Notes: generated from the letters alone by a model not told the origin. Counted from the stretch's first letter, positions 9,315 through 18,607 are shown. The stretch: DNA of 50,111 nt from an uncultured virus (IMG/VR IMGVR_UViG_3300009111_000004) (IMGVR_UViG_3300009111_000004); one strand, 5' to 3'. Numbers and translations: made by a program.

Positions 9315-9330
9315 TTCAAGCGCCATGCCA
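9315..9330 (-). promoter_or_regulatory. sigma54-like motif (variant -12)
   Basis: TGGCATGGCGCTTGAA. Confidence 0.45.
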
Positions 9331-9344
9331 GCGCGCAAGGGCTA

Positions 9345-9746
9345 TTATTCGTTGAACAATAGCGATTCAATATCTACGCCCTCTAACTTGGAGAAATAGT
9401 GACCCCATTCTTTATGTCCGGTATATAATCCATCTAGAATTTGTTGTTTTAGTATTTTAGCATCATTATGATTGGCGAAAACATTAATGATTTGACCAAG
9501 ACCATGAGTGGTACTAAAGGTACCACCATCACAATAACGAGCAATCACGACATATACTATAGAACCGGTTGCTATTTTACTAGTTGTTTTAACTTCAACA
9601 TAATAAGGGTTTTCTGGTCTATTCTTTGAGATGCCTTTGACTATGAAATTACACTCTACGTAACGATGACCAGTATATTGACCATCATAGCCGTAAGTGT
9701 TGCTTATAATGATTTGCTCGTCAGAGTATATTACATACATTTTCAT
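9345..9746 (-). CDS. hypothetical protein
   Basis: ORF track, 133 aa. Confidence 0.75.
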   Translation of the reverse strand: MKMYVIYSDEQIIISNTYGYDGQYTGHRYVECNFIVKGISKNRPENPYYVEVKTTSKIATGSIVYVVIARYCDGGTFSTTHGLGQIINVFANHNDAKILKQQILDGLYTGHKEWGHYFSKLEGVDIESLLFNE

Positions 9747-9755
9747 AAATTATCC

Positions 9756-9980
9756 TTAAGCTATTCTCAGAATACAGTATTTCTTAAGTAGATATTCACG
9801 TATGTATTTTACACCATTAGGATTAATACAAGTCATTACGTTTCCTAGCTCGGGTGGATCATTAGGATATGAGTGGGTTCCAGCTATAAAAAGCGTGTCT
9901 CCAACAGAAAGTTCCCAACCAGTCGGAAAGTCCTTTACAACTTCCCAAGTTTGATCGATTTCGCAAGACGCTGTACTCAT
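9756..9980 (-). CDS. GQIW-family protein
   Basis: IDQTWEVV...VGDTLFI...KYCIL. Confidence 0.7.
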   Translation of the reverse strand: MSTASCEIDQTWEVVKDFPTGWELSVGDTLFIAGTHSYPNDPPELGNVMTCINPNGVKYIREYLLKKYCILRIA

Positions 9981-10267
9981 GACTTATCTGGGCTCATTCG
10001 AATAACAAATTCCGTTTCTGTAAATCCGGCAAATTTATGACTATTTTTCTGGTAGAGTTCAGCAATACGAACAATAATCGGTTCAGTCCAAACTAGGCGC
10101 CTCCGGACCCGTCTATAAGTCTGGTCTTCAAAAGTAGGGCTTTCAATATAACTAATATTATCGCGATCATACCAACAACGAATTTTAGCCTGTCGAAATG
10201 CCTTAATTTGAGCATCAGTTAAGTAACCATACTTAACCAAGTCCTTGGGCGGCATTACTTCTCTCAC
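9977..10267 (-). CDS. hypothetical protein
   Basis: ORF track. Confidence 0.65.
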   Translation of the reverse strand: MREVMPPKDLVKYGYLTDAQIKAFRQAKIRCWYDRDNISYIESPTFEDQTYRRVRRRLVWTEPIIVRIAELYQKNSHKFAGFTETEFVIRMSPDKS

Positions 10268-10269
10268 CT

Positions 10270-10302
10270 CTGAATTTGGTCTCTGAGGTTCATATCAACT
10301 CG
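10270..10302. repeat. 33-bp dispersed repeat, identical to 35738-35770
   Basis: ctgaatttggtctctgaggttcatatcaactcg. Confidence 0.9.
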
Positions 10303-10554
10303 CTAGCTATTTAGTAATTTACAATGTTCAATTATCCAAACTCTCAAACGATGAATAACTGTACCATTAGTAGTTAACATATGATACACCCACATATCAT
10401 GTGTCTGGAATGTCGGATGACATATTGGTTCGGTTATAATAATAAATTTATCACCGACTCTGGTGGTGGTGCATATACCGTTTCTATGAATCGTATCCTG
10501 TTCCCAAACCTGACCTAATTTTATTTCTACTAATTTTATAGCGTCTTGGCCCAT
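10303..10554 (-). CDS. GQIW-family protein
   Basis: LGQVWEQ...VGDKFII...HCKLL. Confidence 0.8.
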   Translation of the reverse strand: MGQDAIKLVEIKLGQVWEQDTIHRNGICTTTRVGDKFIIITEPICHPTFQTHDMWVYHMLTTNGTVIHRLRVWIIEHCKLLNS

Positions 10555-10763
10555 TGTAGCCGATCAATAAGCATTTGGTAGACGCAGTCTTTGACTGTAA
10601 TAATAGTTTGGTTAGTAGTGCATTGCTTATTAGCATCGTTATGATCAGTAAAAATCAATTCTAAAGGATAGCTGGCATGTTCCCAGTAGTAACTCTGGCC
10701 TTCCTGGTACCAGGTCTTCGGAACAATTACCCATAGTTCATCTGATCGATGAGCATTCATCAT
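10536..10763 (-). CDS. hypothetical protein, paralog of 12004..12264
   Basis: LWVIVPKTWY...LIFTD...C..TIITV. Confidence 0.7.
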   Translation of the reverse strand: MMNAHRSDELWVIVPKTWYQEGQSYYWEHASYPLELIFTDHNDANKQCTTNQTIITVKDCVYQMLIDRLQWAKTL

Positions 10764-10764
10764 T

Positions 10765-11082
10765 TTATCCCTCTATTACTTGGGGCATTGGATTCCATAT
10801 CGCAAGGACTTCTCGATGCTTACCAATTATCCATACATTGAATCCGAGCGGTATATCACGCTCGCCATGCCAATTTTTTCGAGCCTGACCTTTAGATGAG
10901 AAAAATCCAGCTTGAACCAGAATATCTAACATATTGATTGAAGGTGATATATGTTGAACATGTTCAGTACCAAATAGATCCGGTTCAATCTCAGGAAACC
11001 AATGTTGATTTTGAACGACGAAATTTAACAAGTTCCCTCCGCATAAGATCAATTGATGGGTCAAATCGCCAGAATCCATCAA
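10765..11082 (-). CDS. stand-alone S4-like RNA-binding domain protein
   Basis: LDILVQAGFFSSKGQARK resembles the TyrRS C-terminal S4 motif. Confidence 0.6.
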   Translation of the reverse strand: MMDSGDLTHQLILCGGNLLNFVVQNQHWFPEIEPDLFGTEHVQHISPSINMLDILVQAGFFSSKGQARKNWHGERDIPLGFNVWIIGKHREVLAIWNPMPQVIEG

Positions 11083-11620
11083 AATTTACAATATCAACTA
11101 CTAGCATATCTTGCCAGATATCATCTTCAGTTAATTTATACCAGACTTTACCGCGACGATTCCATTCTCTGGTTGATACGTGATTAGGTCGATCGGTATT
11201 ATCCCAATAACCATATTCTTCTAACCGGGGATCTATCTTAAGAAAATCTAAGATATGTGTTAGTAGTCCGTTTGTGTACGGAATTAAATACCAATACCGA
11301 CCATGACGACGGACAGTAATTGATACGTCTAAACAAAAAGTATTATGTTCTGGACGGCTAAGCGTCTCTGCGTACATTCTACGAATATATTCGTAGATAG
11401 CTACATCATTAAGTTTACGTTCGGTCCAAATTAGTCTCGAGTTGTCCAAGACTGCTGCTTTAAATTCTTTATCAGTTTTAGTAGATTTTAAAAGTATTGA
11501 ATACCACTTTTTAAGGGAGCGTTTAGCGTTATCTGCTGCAGCCTTACGAATGTCCATTAATGTAGACCAAGGATCGTTACCTAACTTAATTCTATAGGCT
11601 GTATGAATTTTAGTAGACAT
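10991..11620 (-). CDS. hypothetical protein
   Basis: long ORF; start MSTKIH inferred. Confidence 0.8.
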   Translation of the reverse strand: MSTKIHTAYRIKLGNDPWSTLMDIRKAAADNAKRSLKKWYSILLKSTKTDKEFKAAVLDNSRLIWTERKLNDVAIYEYIRRMYAETLSRPEHNTFCLDVSITVRRHGRYWYLIPYTNGLLTHILDFLKIDPRLEEYGYWDNTDRPNHVSTREWNRRGKVWYKLTEDDIWQDMLVVDIVNFDGFWRFDPSIDLMRRELVKFRRSKSTLVS

Positions 11621-11720
11621 AGTTATGTTCAATCTCGTAATACTGCGATTATGACTACTGCTAGACAGATCCATTGTGTGATGTGTATTGCTACCATGTA
11701 CTCTCTATCAGTTGGTCGCA

Positions 11721-12026
11721 TTATGGTAGAGACCGTTCCTCGAAGGTCCGGGCGACTGACGGATCTAGATTTTTCTCAGTAGGCCCTTGCGGCTTACACT
11801 CATACAGAAACCGCCTCACCCGTTCTCGTTGTAGGTCACAGAGTTCAGCACGGTCCTGGAAAGGCCGGATCGTATTACAGGTTGCTATCAAGCCTATAGC
11901 AACAGTAATAGTTAGGCAAATTATCTTTACAATACGTAAAGTAAGAACATCTTGGTTATCCAACATGGTACTCACCGTAATTTCTTTCAATGTGGATATT
12001 GAGCTAATCCCATAGTCCAAACTCAC
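11721..12026 (-). CDS. hypothetical membrane-anchored protein
   Basis: hydrophobic stretch IICLTITVAIGLIA. Confidence 0.55.
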   Translation of the reverse strand: MSLDYGISSISTLKEITVSTMLDNQDVLTLRIVKIICLTITVAIGLIATCNTIRPFQDRAELCDLQRERVRRFLYECKPQGPTEKNLDPSVARTFEERSLP

Positions 12027-12264
12027 AAAGGAGAGTCGACCGATCCCATTCCCACTCGCGATGCTCTCTCTCTTCTAGAGTTACTGTTACCTCTGTAGAT
12101 TTACATCGTGATTCAGCTTCCGACTTTGAATCATAAATAAGAGTTGAAAGTTTTAAGGTCCAATTTCCATCAGTAGTATGGCTTATACTATGAGTTTGAT
12201 CTAGATCTTGTTCCCACCATTCTCTAGGAACATTAACCCATAGTGAGTCTCGAGTGTGGATCAT
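12004..12264 (-). CDS. hypothetical protein, paralog of 10536..10763
   Basis: LWVNVPREWW...LIYDS...C..VTVTL. Confidence 0.7.
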   Translation of the reverse strand: MIHTRDSLWVNVPREWWEQDLDQTHSISHTTDGNWTLKLSTLIYDSKSEAESRCKSTEVTVTLEEREHREWEWDRSTLLCEFGLWD

Positions 12265-12311
12265 ATTGCCGGTCCCAGTGAGTGTTGGATATTTGAAATC
12301 AATAAAGAGTA

Positions 12312-12650
12312 TTATTCCTTATCGGAGACGAGGTCGGCCTGCCTAATTGGCTGCAAGCTGCGGGCCGTGTATGGTTCCTGATGAGCTCGGGCTTCTTGTA
12401 TGGCTGCGTCAAGTTCTTGAGCAGCCATAGCTAGCTCAGGGTCTTGATTGAGTGTCGGATTACAAGAATCTGGATAGTTATGATCAACAAATGGTTCAAG
12501 ATTATAATTTGGAATTACTGCCTCAAAAGCAGTCATGGCATCAGTCAGAGCGCTTCGTCCGACTGCTCCATTAAGATAATTACGAAGGGCAATAGTAAGT
12601 GCAGTGCCGCGAGCATAATAAATATCTAGTTGTTCATTCATGGATTTCAT
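12312..12650 (-). CDS. hypothetical protein
   Basis: ORF track. Confidence 0.7.
   Translation of the reverse strand: MKSMNEQLDIYYARGTALTIALRNYLNGAVGRSALTDAMTAFEAVIPNYNLEPFVDHNYPDSCNPTLNQDPELAMAAQELDAAIQEARAHQEPYTARSLQPIRQADLVSDKE
12352..12367 (-). promoter_or_regulatory. sigma54-type promoter motif inside the 3' end of a CDS
   Basis: CGGCCCGCAGCTTGCA. Confidence 0.6.
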
Positions 12651-12653
12651 AAG

Positions 12654-12953
12654 TTATTTTTGTAAACAAGCATGTTGTAGGAGATCGCGAGACACCACTA
12701 CTCCGGGTGAGTCCCAACAATGAGCACGCCACACCGATGGCAGTGTACATATGTATATGCCATTCCGGTAATCAAATATGTGATCAGCGGGTTCAATCTC
12801 TCGTTCTATAATTAATCGCGATCCTTCAGATAGCAAAATAAAACTATACATACGAATAGAACCTGGTGGGTTACAATCAGATTGGAAGGCTAAGTCATTA
12901 TCAATGGTTATCCAAATTTGACCAACCTGTAATTTACTTGATGAATCATCCAT
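12654..12953 (-). CDS. GQIW-family protein
   Basis: VGQIWIT...EGSRLII. Confidence 0.75.
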   Translation of the reverse strand: MDDSSSKLQVGQIWITIDNDLAFQSDCNPPGSIRMYSFILLSEGSRLIIEREIEPADHIFDYRNGIYICTLPSVWRAHCWDSPGVVVSRDLLQHACLQK

Positions 12954-12964
12954 AGTAGTGTGCT

Positions 12965-13213
12965 TTAATTAGTATCTGTTTTTAGTTCAACGAACCCTCG
13001 ACATTTAAGTTCTGATATGGCTTGAATTAGCTGAATATCATGAACTTCCCAGGAAATCCATTCACCATTTTGCTTGTCAGATCCACCCCACATACTTAAT
13101 GAGTCCATGGCGACACGCAACGACTGATCAATATTATTTATAGGTAGCCAAATCCTATGTCCATATCCAATTGGTCCAGCTGGGGTTAATCGATAATTAA
13201 TGGGCTTAGGCAT
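12965..13213 (-). CDS. hypothetical protein
   Basis: ORF track. Confidence 0.65.
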   Translation of the reverse strand: MPKPINYRLTPAGPIGYGHRIWLPINNIDQSLRVAMDSLSMWGGSDKQNGEWISWEVHDIQLIQAISELKCRGFVELKTDTN

Positions 13214-13289
13214 TAGGCGTCTTCTCCATAGTCACATCGATCGATCATTCCTTCAACTATTGGGCAAGAGTTATTATGTCCTAATAAAT

Positions 13290-13502
13290 TTAGGAATTTT
13301 TGAGACGCATAATCTCATCATCAAGTGCATTTAGCTCAGTAGGTACCCAGGCCCAATCTCTAACCAAAAGTTGATCCTCAGATTCTCTGCCATTACATCC
13401 AATCTCCCTATTCTTTACTGTATCGATAAGGACCCATCGATGCTCGTTTTCTATAAATTTAACCTGGAAACGATTACTCATTGATGAATGCTTTTGGGTC
13501 AA
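13290..13502 (-). CDS. hypothetical protein
   Basis: ORF track. Confidence 0.65.
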   Translation of the reverse strand: MTQKHSSMSNRFQVKFIENEHRWVLIDTVKNREIGCNGRESEDQLLVRDWAWVPTELNALDDEIMRLKNS

Positions 13503-13863
13503 ATCTATTTAATTGAACTTTATATCCAGCTTGACGCAACTTACTAGCCATTCGCTCGGAAGGATATACATCATGAGAATGAATAATCACCAAGCCAGGC
13601 TTGCGGTCCTCTGGTAGCTCTTGGCACATCCAGTCTACTACATGTTCTCCAGTGCGCTCTCGAATAATTTCTGGACGCTCTTGGTCTGGATTATAATATT
13701 CTCCAAGACTATGATCGAGGTAAACTACGTCCCATACTGTGCCCAGTAGAGCAGCCTTCGCCTGAGTGGTATTCCAGGTAGGGCAGTATACTGTACTATC
13801 GCGATAGTATTGAGCGAAAATTTTATGACGAGTTTCATCATCATCCAATACCATGACCTTCAT
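13474..13863 (-). CDS. divergent receiver-like domain (cyclic-phosphate-processing receiver type)
   Basis: VLDDD..R, VYLDHSLG, TGEHVVDW, IIHS. Confidence 0.75.
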   Translation of the reverse strand: MKVMVLDDDETRHKIFAQYYRDSTVYCPTWNTTQAKAALLGTVWDVVYLDHSLGEYYNPDQERPEIIRERTGEHVVDWMCQELPEDRKPGLVIIHSHDVYPSERMASKLRQAGYKVQLNRFDPKAFINE

Positions 13864-14137
13864 TGTCTATCTCCTACAGATGATGAGGATAGAATTGCAT
13901 TAATGATGTGGGACATAAAATAGACGGTACAATGGTAGACCCTTCAAGGCTTTCAAATATGCCCGCCAACTCGTTTCAAGCTCTGGACTATATGGAGTAA
14001 ACTTGGTTGGCTTGCAGTGGAGATTGGTATCAACTGCTTTGATCTTCGGATTACCACAACGGCTACAGGCCATGATGATTCCTCCATATGAGTAGACACG
14101 ACTTATAGTTAGCTAAAGAAGAGTCCTAATATATCCC

Positions 14138-14179
14138 GAGAGGGAAGTGTAGTTATTTAAATAACTACACTTCCCTCTC
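14138..14179. terminator. perfect 42-bp palindrome (terminator or cruciform)
   Basis: gagagggaagtgtagttattt|aaataactacacttccctctc. Confidence 0.6.
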
Positions 14180-14674
14180 AAGGCTTGCGACCATGGCGCA
14201 GGAATTTACGGGACAACGCCCTACCTTGCCTTTGACTGTAATTCCTTGATCGCTTTGTCGGCCCTTTGTTATGTTCGAGGGTTAATCCAAGCCAACCCCG
14301 TCACGCCCTCGCTATCTACGGGCTTATGCCGACGCCGATTCCCAGTAAGTGATAGGTACCGGGATTTTAACCTCCCTACCAGAGGACTAGTCATATACTC
14401 AACCGGAATGGTCAAGCCAGACTAGCATAGCTTCACCGATCATCGATCAAAGCGCTATCTCGCTTCAGACCGTACTCTTTGTTTTCAGATCCGGACCTAA
14501 TACAAAACTCCTCGTCTTCCAGGGCGAACCGATGATCGGAATGTAACGGGGATGGACAGGTTCTACACCGGGTGGGATCGGTGTTAAGTGACTAGTCACC
14601 TATAGATTACCCGTAGTGGATCAACCCGGACCCACAAACAGAATGCGAGTCGACTACGAGTCCTGTCCATCCCC
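14180..14674 (-). ncRNA. putative ~500-nt multi-domain structured ncRNA or cluster of small RNAs
   Basis: no credible ORF; stems 14548-14560/14662-14674 and 14436-14447/14528-14539; G-U pairs favour the minus strand. Confidence 0.6.
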
Positions 14675-14677
14675 AGA

Positions 14678-15226
14678 TTATCCTCCAGCCCGAATGACGA
14701 CGAGCGAAAGGTTCTGAGATGTATCGAACTTGTTGCTCCAGCACTGCTTGGTGAAGGGAACACCCGGCTCGATTTCTGCCTGGCGGTCAATCATCAGCTC
14801 TGCGTAGTCCTGAATGGCTTCCATGGCATCACCAGGACGGGCGTAGAGATTCATGCCAGGTAGATTAGGGATCCGATGACGCTTCTTGGCCTTCTCTGCC
14901 CAGAAATCAATCAACTTCCCACGCTGCTGGAGGAAGTTGACATCCAGCTGGACCGAATGACCCATGCGCTCTTGAATGATGGCCTTCAGCTGTTGAATGG
15001 CCTCCGGCTTCTTGGGATCCCCATAGCGATCGAGGTTGGGGTCATGCGCATCACGCACCCAGGCGGACACCTGGAAGACCTTGTCGCCACGCCTGGGAAC
15101 AACCCGAGCCTGGTACTCCTCCGATTCACCATCCGGATCTGGAATGGCCTCGCCCTCGTCGTACTTCGCCCGCTCCATTGCCACCTGTTGAGCCAACATC
15201 GTAGAAGTTACTGCTCCCTGCGTCAT
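14678..15226 (-). CDS. GC-rich hypothetical protein
   Basis: AGGAG SD, GC3-rich codons, sigma54 motif upstream. Confidence 0.85.
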   Translation of the reverse strand: MTQGAVTSTMLAQQVAMERAKYDEGEAIPDPDGESEEYQARVVPRRGDKVFQVSAWVRDAHDPNLDRYGDPKKPEAIQQLKAIIQERMGHSVQLDVNFLQQRGKLIDFWAEKAKKRHRIPNLPGMNLYARPGDAMEAIQDYAELMIDRQAEIEPGVPFTKQCWSNKFDTSQNLSLVVIRAGG

Positions 15227-15283
15227 GATTATGTTCTCCTAGAGAGGCCGCGCGACCCAGCGCCGCGAGCCGCCCCCCAATGT

Positions 15284-15299
15284 TGCAAGCGCCGGGCCG
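15284..15299 (-). promoter_or_regulatory. sigma54-type promoter motif
   Basis: CGGCCCGGCGCTTGCA. Confidence 0.7.
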
Positions 15300-15319
15300 G
15301 CGAAAGACGCTAAGAAGGA

Positions 15320-15523
15320 TTATTCAACGAGCGAGCAAAATTCCAAGACCCAACTAGTATTAACATACTTTACATCTCCAGTTTGGAGAGTAATTTCCCA
15401 ATATTGGGGAAGTGCATCGTAACCTGAAAGAATGAATCTATCCCCTATATCTATTTCAGGTAGACACCAGCGGGATTGATAATGTGTACGTTGCCAAATT
15501 TGACCAATCTTAATAATATTCAT
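15320..15523 (-). CDS. GQIW-family protein
   Basis: IGQIWQR...IGDRFIL...FCSLV. Confidence 0.8.
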   Translation of the reverse strand: MNIIKIGQIWQRTHYQSRWCLPEIDIGDRFILSGYDALPQYWEITLQTGDVKYVNTSWVLEFCSLVE

Positions 15524-15572
15524 GCAAACCTAATAAGACGATTGACTTGATGAATCATAAAATGCTGTTCTC

Positions 15573-15845
15573 TTAACAACCTTTACAGTTCAGCCATTTT
15601 AGAACGCGGGCTCGACAATAATCGGTTTTTTCGCCAAAATCACATTTAAAATCTTCCCATGAGGAACCATGACGATTGAGCTCATCCTTGACCTCCTGAA
15701 GGGTTATCGTCTGAATCTTATGTCGTCTACGTCGTTTTTTAGGGTTTAGAATGGCCTTGGCTGTAATTTCTCCTGCTTCCGAAGCGGCACCAATAATGAA
15801 GACCTCTACAGCTGTCACCGCTATCATCTTTAACCAATTCCACAT
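15573..15845 (-). CDS. hypothetical protein
   Basis: ORF track. Confidence 0.7.
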   Translation of the reverse strand: MWNWLKMIAVTAVEVFIIGAASEAGEITAKAILNPKKRRRRHKIQTITLQEVKDELNRHGSSWEDFKCDFGEKTDYCRARVLKWLNCKGC

Positions 15846-15846
15846 C

Positions 15847-16128
15847 TTATCCCCTGATTAGACAGCAGCTGTATTTAATATCTAGTTCACTTATTCTCCA
15901 AACACCTGTCCAATGGAGTATCCGCCACTGATTAACACTAGGATGTACGTCAAATGGTATTTCAGGTACTTTTAATTGTCGATCTAATATAAAACGTTCC
16001 CCAACTTTAATATCCATACCAAAATCAGATCTATAATAACGACCAGGCACAATCTTAAATACAGGTATTCCGTACCCTTCTTGAATAACGTCCCGTACGA
16101 CCTCATAAATCTGTCCTGGACAAATCAT
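15847..16128 (-). CDS. GQIW-family protein
   Basis: PGQIYEV...VGERFIL...SCCLI. Confidence 0.75.
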   Translation of the reverse strand: MICPGQIYEVVRDVIQEGYGIPVFKIVPGRYYRSDFGMDIKVGERFILDRQLKVPEIPFDVHPSVNQWRILHWTGVWRISELDIKYSCCLIRG

Positions 16129-17333
16129 TATTTCAATGGAATAAGTTCTTGAACTAAATCTGTGCAAAGCTTATCAAGCTGAATTCGATTTGGAGTACTG
16201 GGAAGAATACTTGTTCTATCAATATATTCTAATTCATTGAGGGATTTTTGTGCCCATTCACATAGATATTCATAAGTCCAGGCCCCACCACGGATCGCCA
16301 ATAATTCTTGAGCATCAGGTCGCCTAACCAATACGCCTTTACCTTCCAAGATTTCTCGACCCATACGTATTAATCGAACTAAGTGCATCCCATGCTTGGT
16401 ATCATAACCATATTTACGTTCTAGTTCGAAGCGAACAGGATTACGATTATTTATCCAAACCTGATAAGATCGCCACTCTTCCTGGCGACTTTTATAGGTA
16501 CGTTCTCGGTCAAGTAATTCTAGAAAATCATCGGAAAAACCGAGAAGAGTACCCGCAATTTGCTCCAAGTCAATGCCACCTATTTCCTTTACTACTGATA
16601 ATGCATGTATTAAACCTTTATGCTCTGGCTTGGTATTGAATTCTTCCACTTTTGTTTGTAGCGCTGCTACCACTTGAGCACGGTACCCGGTTTCAATAAA
16701 CGCGAGTGTCTCCACAAAACGTTCCTGAACAGCAATTTTGGCCGCACTATCAAGTTCATCAACTGGCACATTCCAGTGCTCGATTTGTTTCCGAATCATT
16801 TCCTGAACAGCTATTAATTGATCGGCTGGGATAACTGTATGCTGTGGAAGACCAAATTCTTCTCTGGTGGGGGCAGCCTTAGGAGGATGTCGAAGCCATT
16901 GATAATGTCTCTCAATCTTCTTTAGTTGTGAGACGGCATATCCAGAGAAAGTATATTTAGCCTTACGGCTTAGGAATTGATCTCTATATGTAAGCAGTTT
17001 TTCTCCGACTCCAGTAATAAGTAAATGGTCACTAGGGTCTGTATAGAGTATTTCGATAATATTAGGGTTACAATCAGCTGCTAATTTGAAGAATTTGCGT
17101 ATGTCATAAATAACCATATCTACGCCATGTTGTTGGCGATAAAATTCTACGTGCTCAAATTGCTCCAAATATCCCATAAAGTACTGAATAGGTGGAATAG
17201 TTATGCCTCTAAAATCCTCATCACTAGTAGGAATGCTAGTTCCGTAAGCATGAGAACCATGCTTAGTTAGGAAGATGGTTCGATCCTTCAACCATTGTAG
17301 GTTAGTTTTGATAGTTTGAAAGTTCACAATCAA
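16128..17333 (-). CDS. Pol-beta-superfamily nucleotidyltransferase (RlaP/YcgL-like, RNA-repair associated)
   Basis: HGSHAYGT..SDEDFRG, NPNIIEIL, YDTKHGMHLVRL. Confidence 0.9.
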   Translation of the reverse strand: MIVNFQTIKTNLQWLKDRTIFLTKHGSHAYGTSIPTSDEDFRGITIPPIQYFMGYLEQFEHVEFYRQQHGVDMVIYDIRKFFKLAADCNPNIIEILYTDPSDHLLITGVGEKLLTYRDQFLSRKAKYTFSGYAVSQLKKIERHYQWLRHPPKAAPTREEFGLPQHTVIPADQLIAVQEMIRKQIEHWNVPVDELDSAAKIAVQERFVETLAFIETGYRAQVVAALQTKVEEFNTKPEHKGLIHALSVVKEIGGIDLEQIAGTLLGFSDDFLELLDRERTYKSRQEEWRSYQVWINNRNPVRFELERKYGYDTKHGMHLVRLIRMGREILEGKGVLVRRPDAQELLAIRGGAWTYEYLCEWAQKSLNELEYIDRTSILPSTPNRIQLDKLCTDLVQELIPLK

Positions 17334-17544
17334 TTCGTTGACAATGAGCTATTAGGTCTTCAGCTGTACTCTCCTACTTTTGCCCATAGCTATCAATAAT
17401 CCACCAGCTGGGACCATATGAGTCATTAAGAGTATTTGGGATTATTGAATCCACAATGAATTTATCCCCAATATTAGGGATTATTCCGGATGCGTAGTAG
17501 GTACAAGGTAGGACTACTTCCCAAATCTGGCCAGGTGCAATCAT
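17302..17544 (-). pseudogene. GQIW-family gene with an internal TAG
   Basis: MIAPGQIWEVV...IGDKFIV...YGQK*ESTAEDLIAHCQRI; TAG at 17374-17376. Confidence 0.75.
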
Positions 17545-17858
17545 ACTATCCTTCTTGCGATAGATACAAGGTCATTCTTAGTGATTTTGAATTCGTACTT
17601 AAGGGTGGTGCAGCACCAGATCTTACCACATAGATCCAAGTCACGACCAGAAATTAGAAATTTATCTCCACATTTAAGATAAATCGTTGGTACCTGTACA
17701 GAAGTGTCAATTATGCCACGTAACTCTTCAGGGTCGTCATGACGAGACAAATTAATCCAAAGTGGGAGTGGGTCATTATAAATTGAATCAGTTTTTGACC
17801 ATCCAACCCATATAGCATTGCAATACGCTTCCCAGACTTGACCGATTTTAATTGACAT
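17541..17858 (-). CDS. GQIW-family protein with long variable loop
   Basis: IGQVWEA...CGDKFLI. Confidence 0.8.
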   Translation of the reverse strand: MSIKIGQVWEAYCNAIWVGWSKTDSIYNDPLPLWINLSRHDDPEELRGIIDTSVQVPTIYLKCGDKFLISGRDLDLCGKIWCCTTLKYEFKITKNDLVSIARRIV

Positions 17859-17860
17859 AT

Positions 17861-18145
17861 CTAGTCTATACAGATACAACAATAATAAATGTTAGTTGTA
17901 TCTGTACAAAAACGTTGGCCATCAATTTTAAGTATCTCATATTTAGATGTGTCACCACGGTGGCGGGCAACGATAATGAATTTATCCCCGGTTACTAACA
18001 GGTAGAGAGTACCACTATGCTCAACATAATTAGCCCAGAATTCTTTTGTGACTACCCAACAAGAGCCAATAATAGCACTATTAGTAGTCGATTCGTTTGA
18101 AGAATTTACGGACATAGTCTCCCATGAAGGTAAATATAGACCCAT
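17861..18145 (-). CDS. GQIW-family protein
   Basis: IGSCWVV...TGDKFII. Confidence 0.75.
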   Translation of the reverse strand: MGLYLPSWETMSVNSSNESTTNSAIIGSCWVVTKEFWANYVEHSGTLYLLVTGDKFIIVARHRGDTSKYEILKIDGQRFCTDTTNIYYCCICID

Positions 18146-18311
18146 TTAAATTCAGTAATCGTATTGTGTCACCAGTTAAATAGTAAAGTCCCTTAGGTAT
18201 ATATTCGTAAACAATTAATTTATCTCCATCTTTGTATGGAGCTTCATCCCAATGGGACCATTCTGAAGGAGCATTATTAACCTCCCAGATTTGTCCAGAG
18301 CTAATCTCCAT
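18081..18311 (-). CDS. GQIW-family protein
   Basis: SGQIWEV...DGDKLIV. Confidence 0.8.
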   Translation of the reverse strand: MEISSGQIWEVNNAPSEWSHWDEAPYKDGDKLIVYEYIPKGLYYLTGDTIRLLNLNGSIFTFMGDYVRKFFKRIDY

Positions 18312-18582
18312 AAATTAGCCCTGCACCCTCAATTAGCTCATCCGTTGTAAGGGTATAATTTTGACCGTCGACTTTAGCAACGACAATTAAACAATCTGGT
18401 TCCAACATTTTAACTAATAGTTTATCACCACACTGGAGCCAACAGTCTTCGTAATCAAGCCCATAGAATGGTACTGTGCCCCATTCCCAGATTTGACCAA
18501 TTTCGATTTGATCCCACTTATGCGCAAGGCGGGATTTGAACCCGCACGCCCGGTCAGGGGCATCAGATTTTGAGTCTGACAT
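18301..18582 (-). CDS. GQIW-family protein (the in-frame ATG upstream of the motif lies inside tRNA-Leu)
   Basis: IGQIWEW...CGDKLLV. Confidence 0.7.
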   Translation of the reverse strand: MSDSKSDAPDRACGFKSRLAHKWDQIEIGQIWEWGTVPFYGLDYEDCWLQCGDKLLVKMLEPDCLIVVAKVDGQNYTLTTDELIEGAGLIYGD

Positions 18583-18607
18583 GGCTACCAGGTTTCATCA
18601 CTCGCGC
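18521..18607 (-). tRNA. tRNA-Leu (CAA), no CCA
   Basis: GCGCGAG...TCAGA-CTCAAAA-TCTGA, long variable arm, GCGGG-TTCAAAT-CCCGC. Confidence 0.93.

Noticed and set aside
14596..14790. 64-aa minus-strand ORF
   Set aside because: Overlaps the real 14678..15226 gene in another frame and the structured tract.
17374..17376. genome-wide TAG recoding
   Set aside because: Many intact genes end at TAG at sensible family ends, and long enzymes have no internal TAG.
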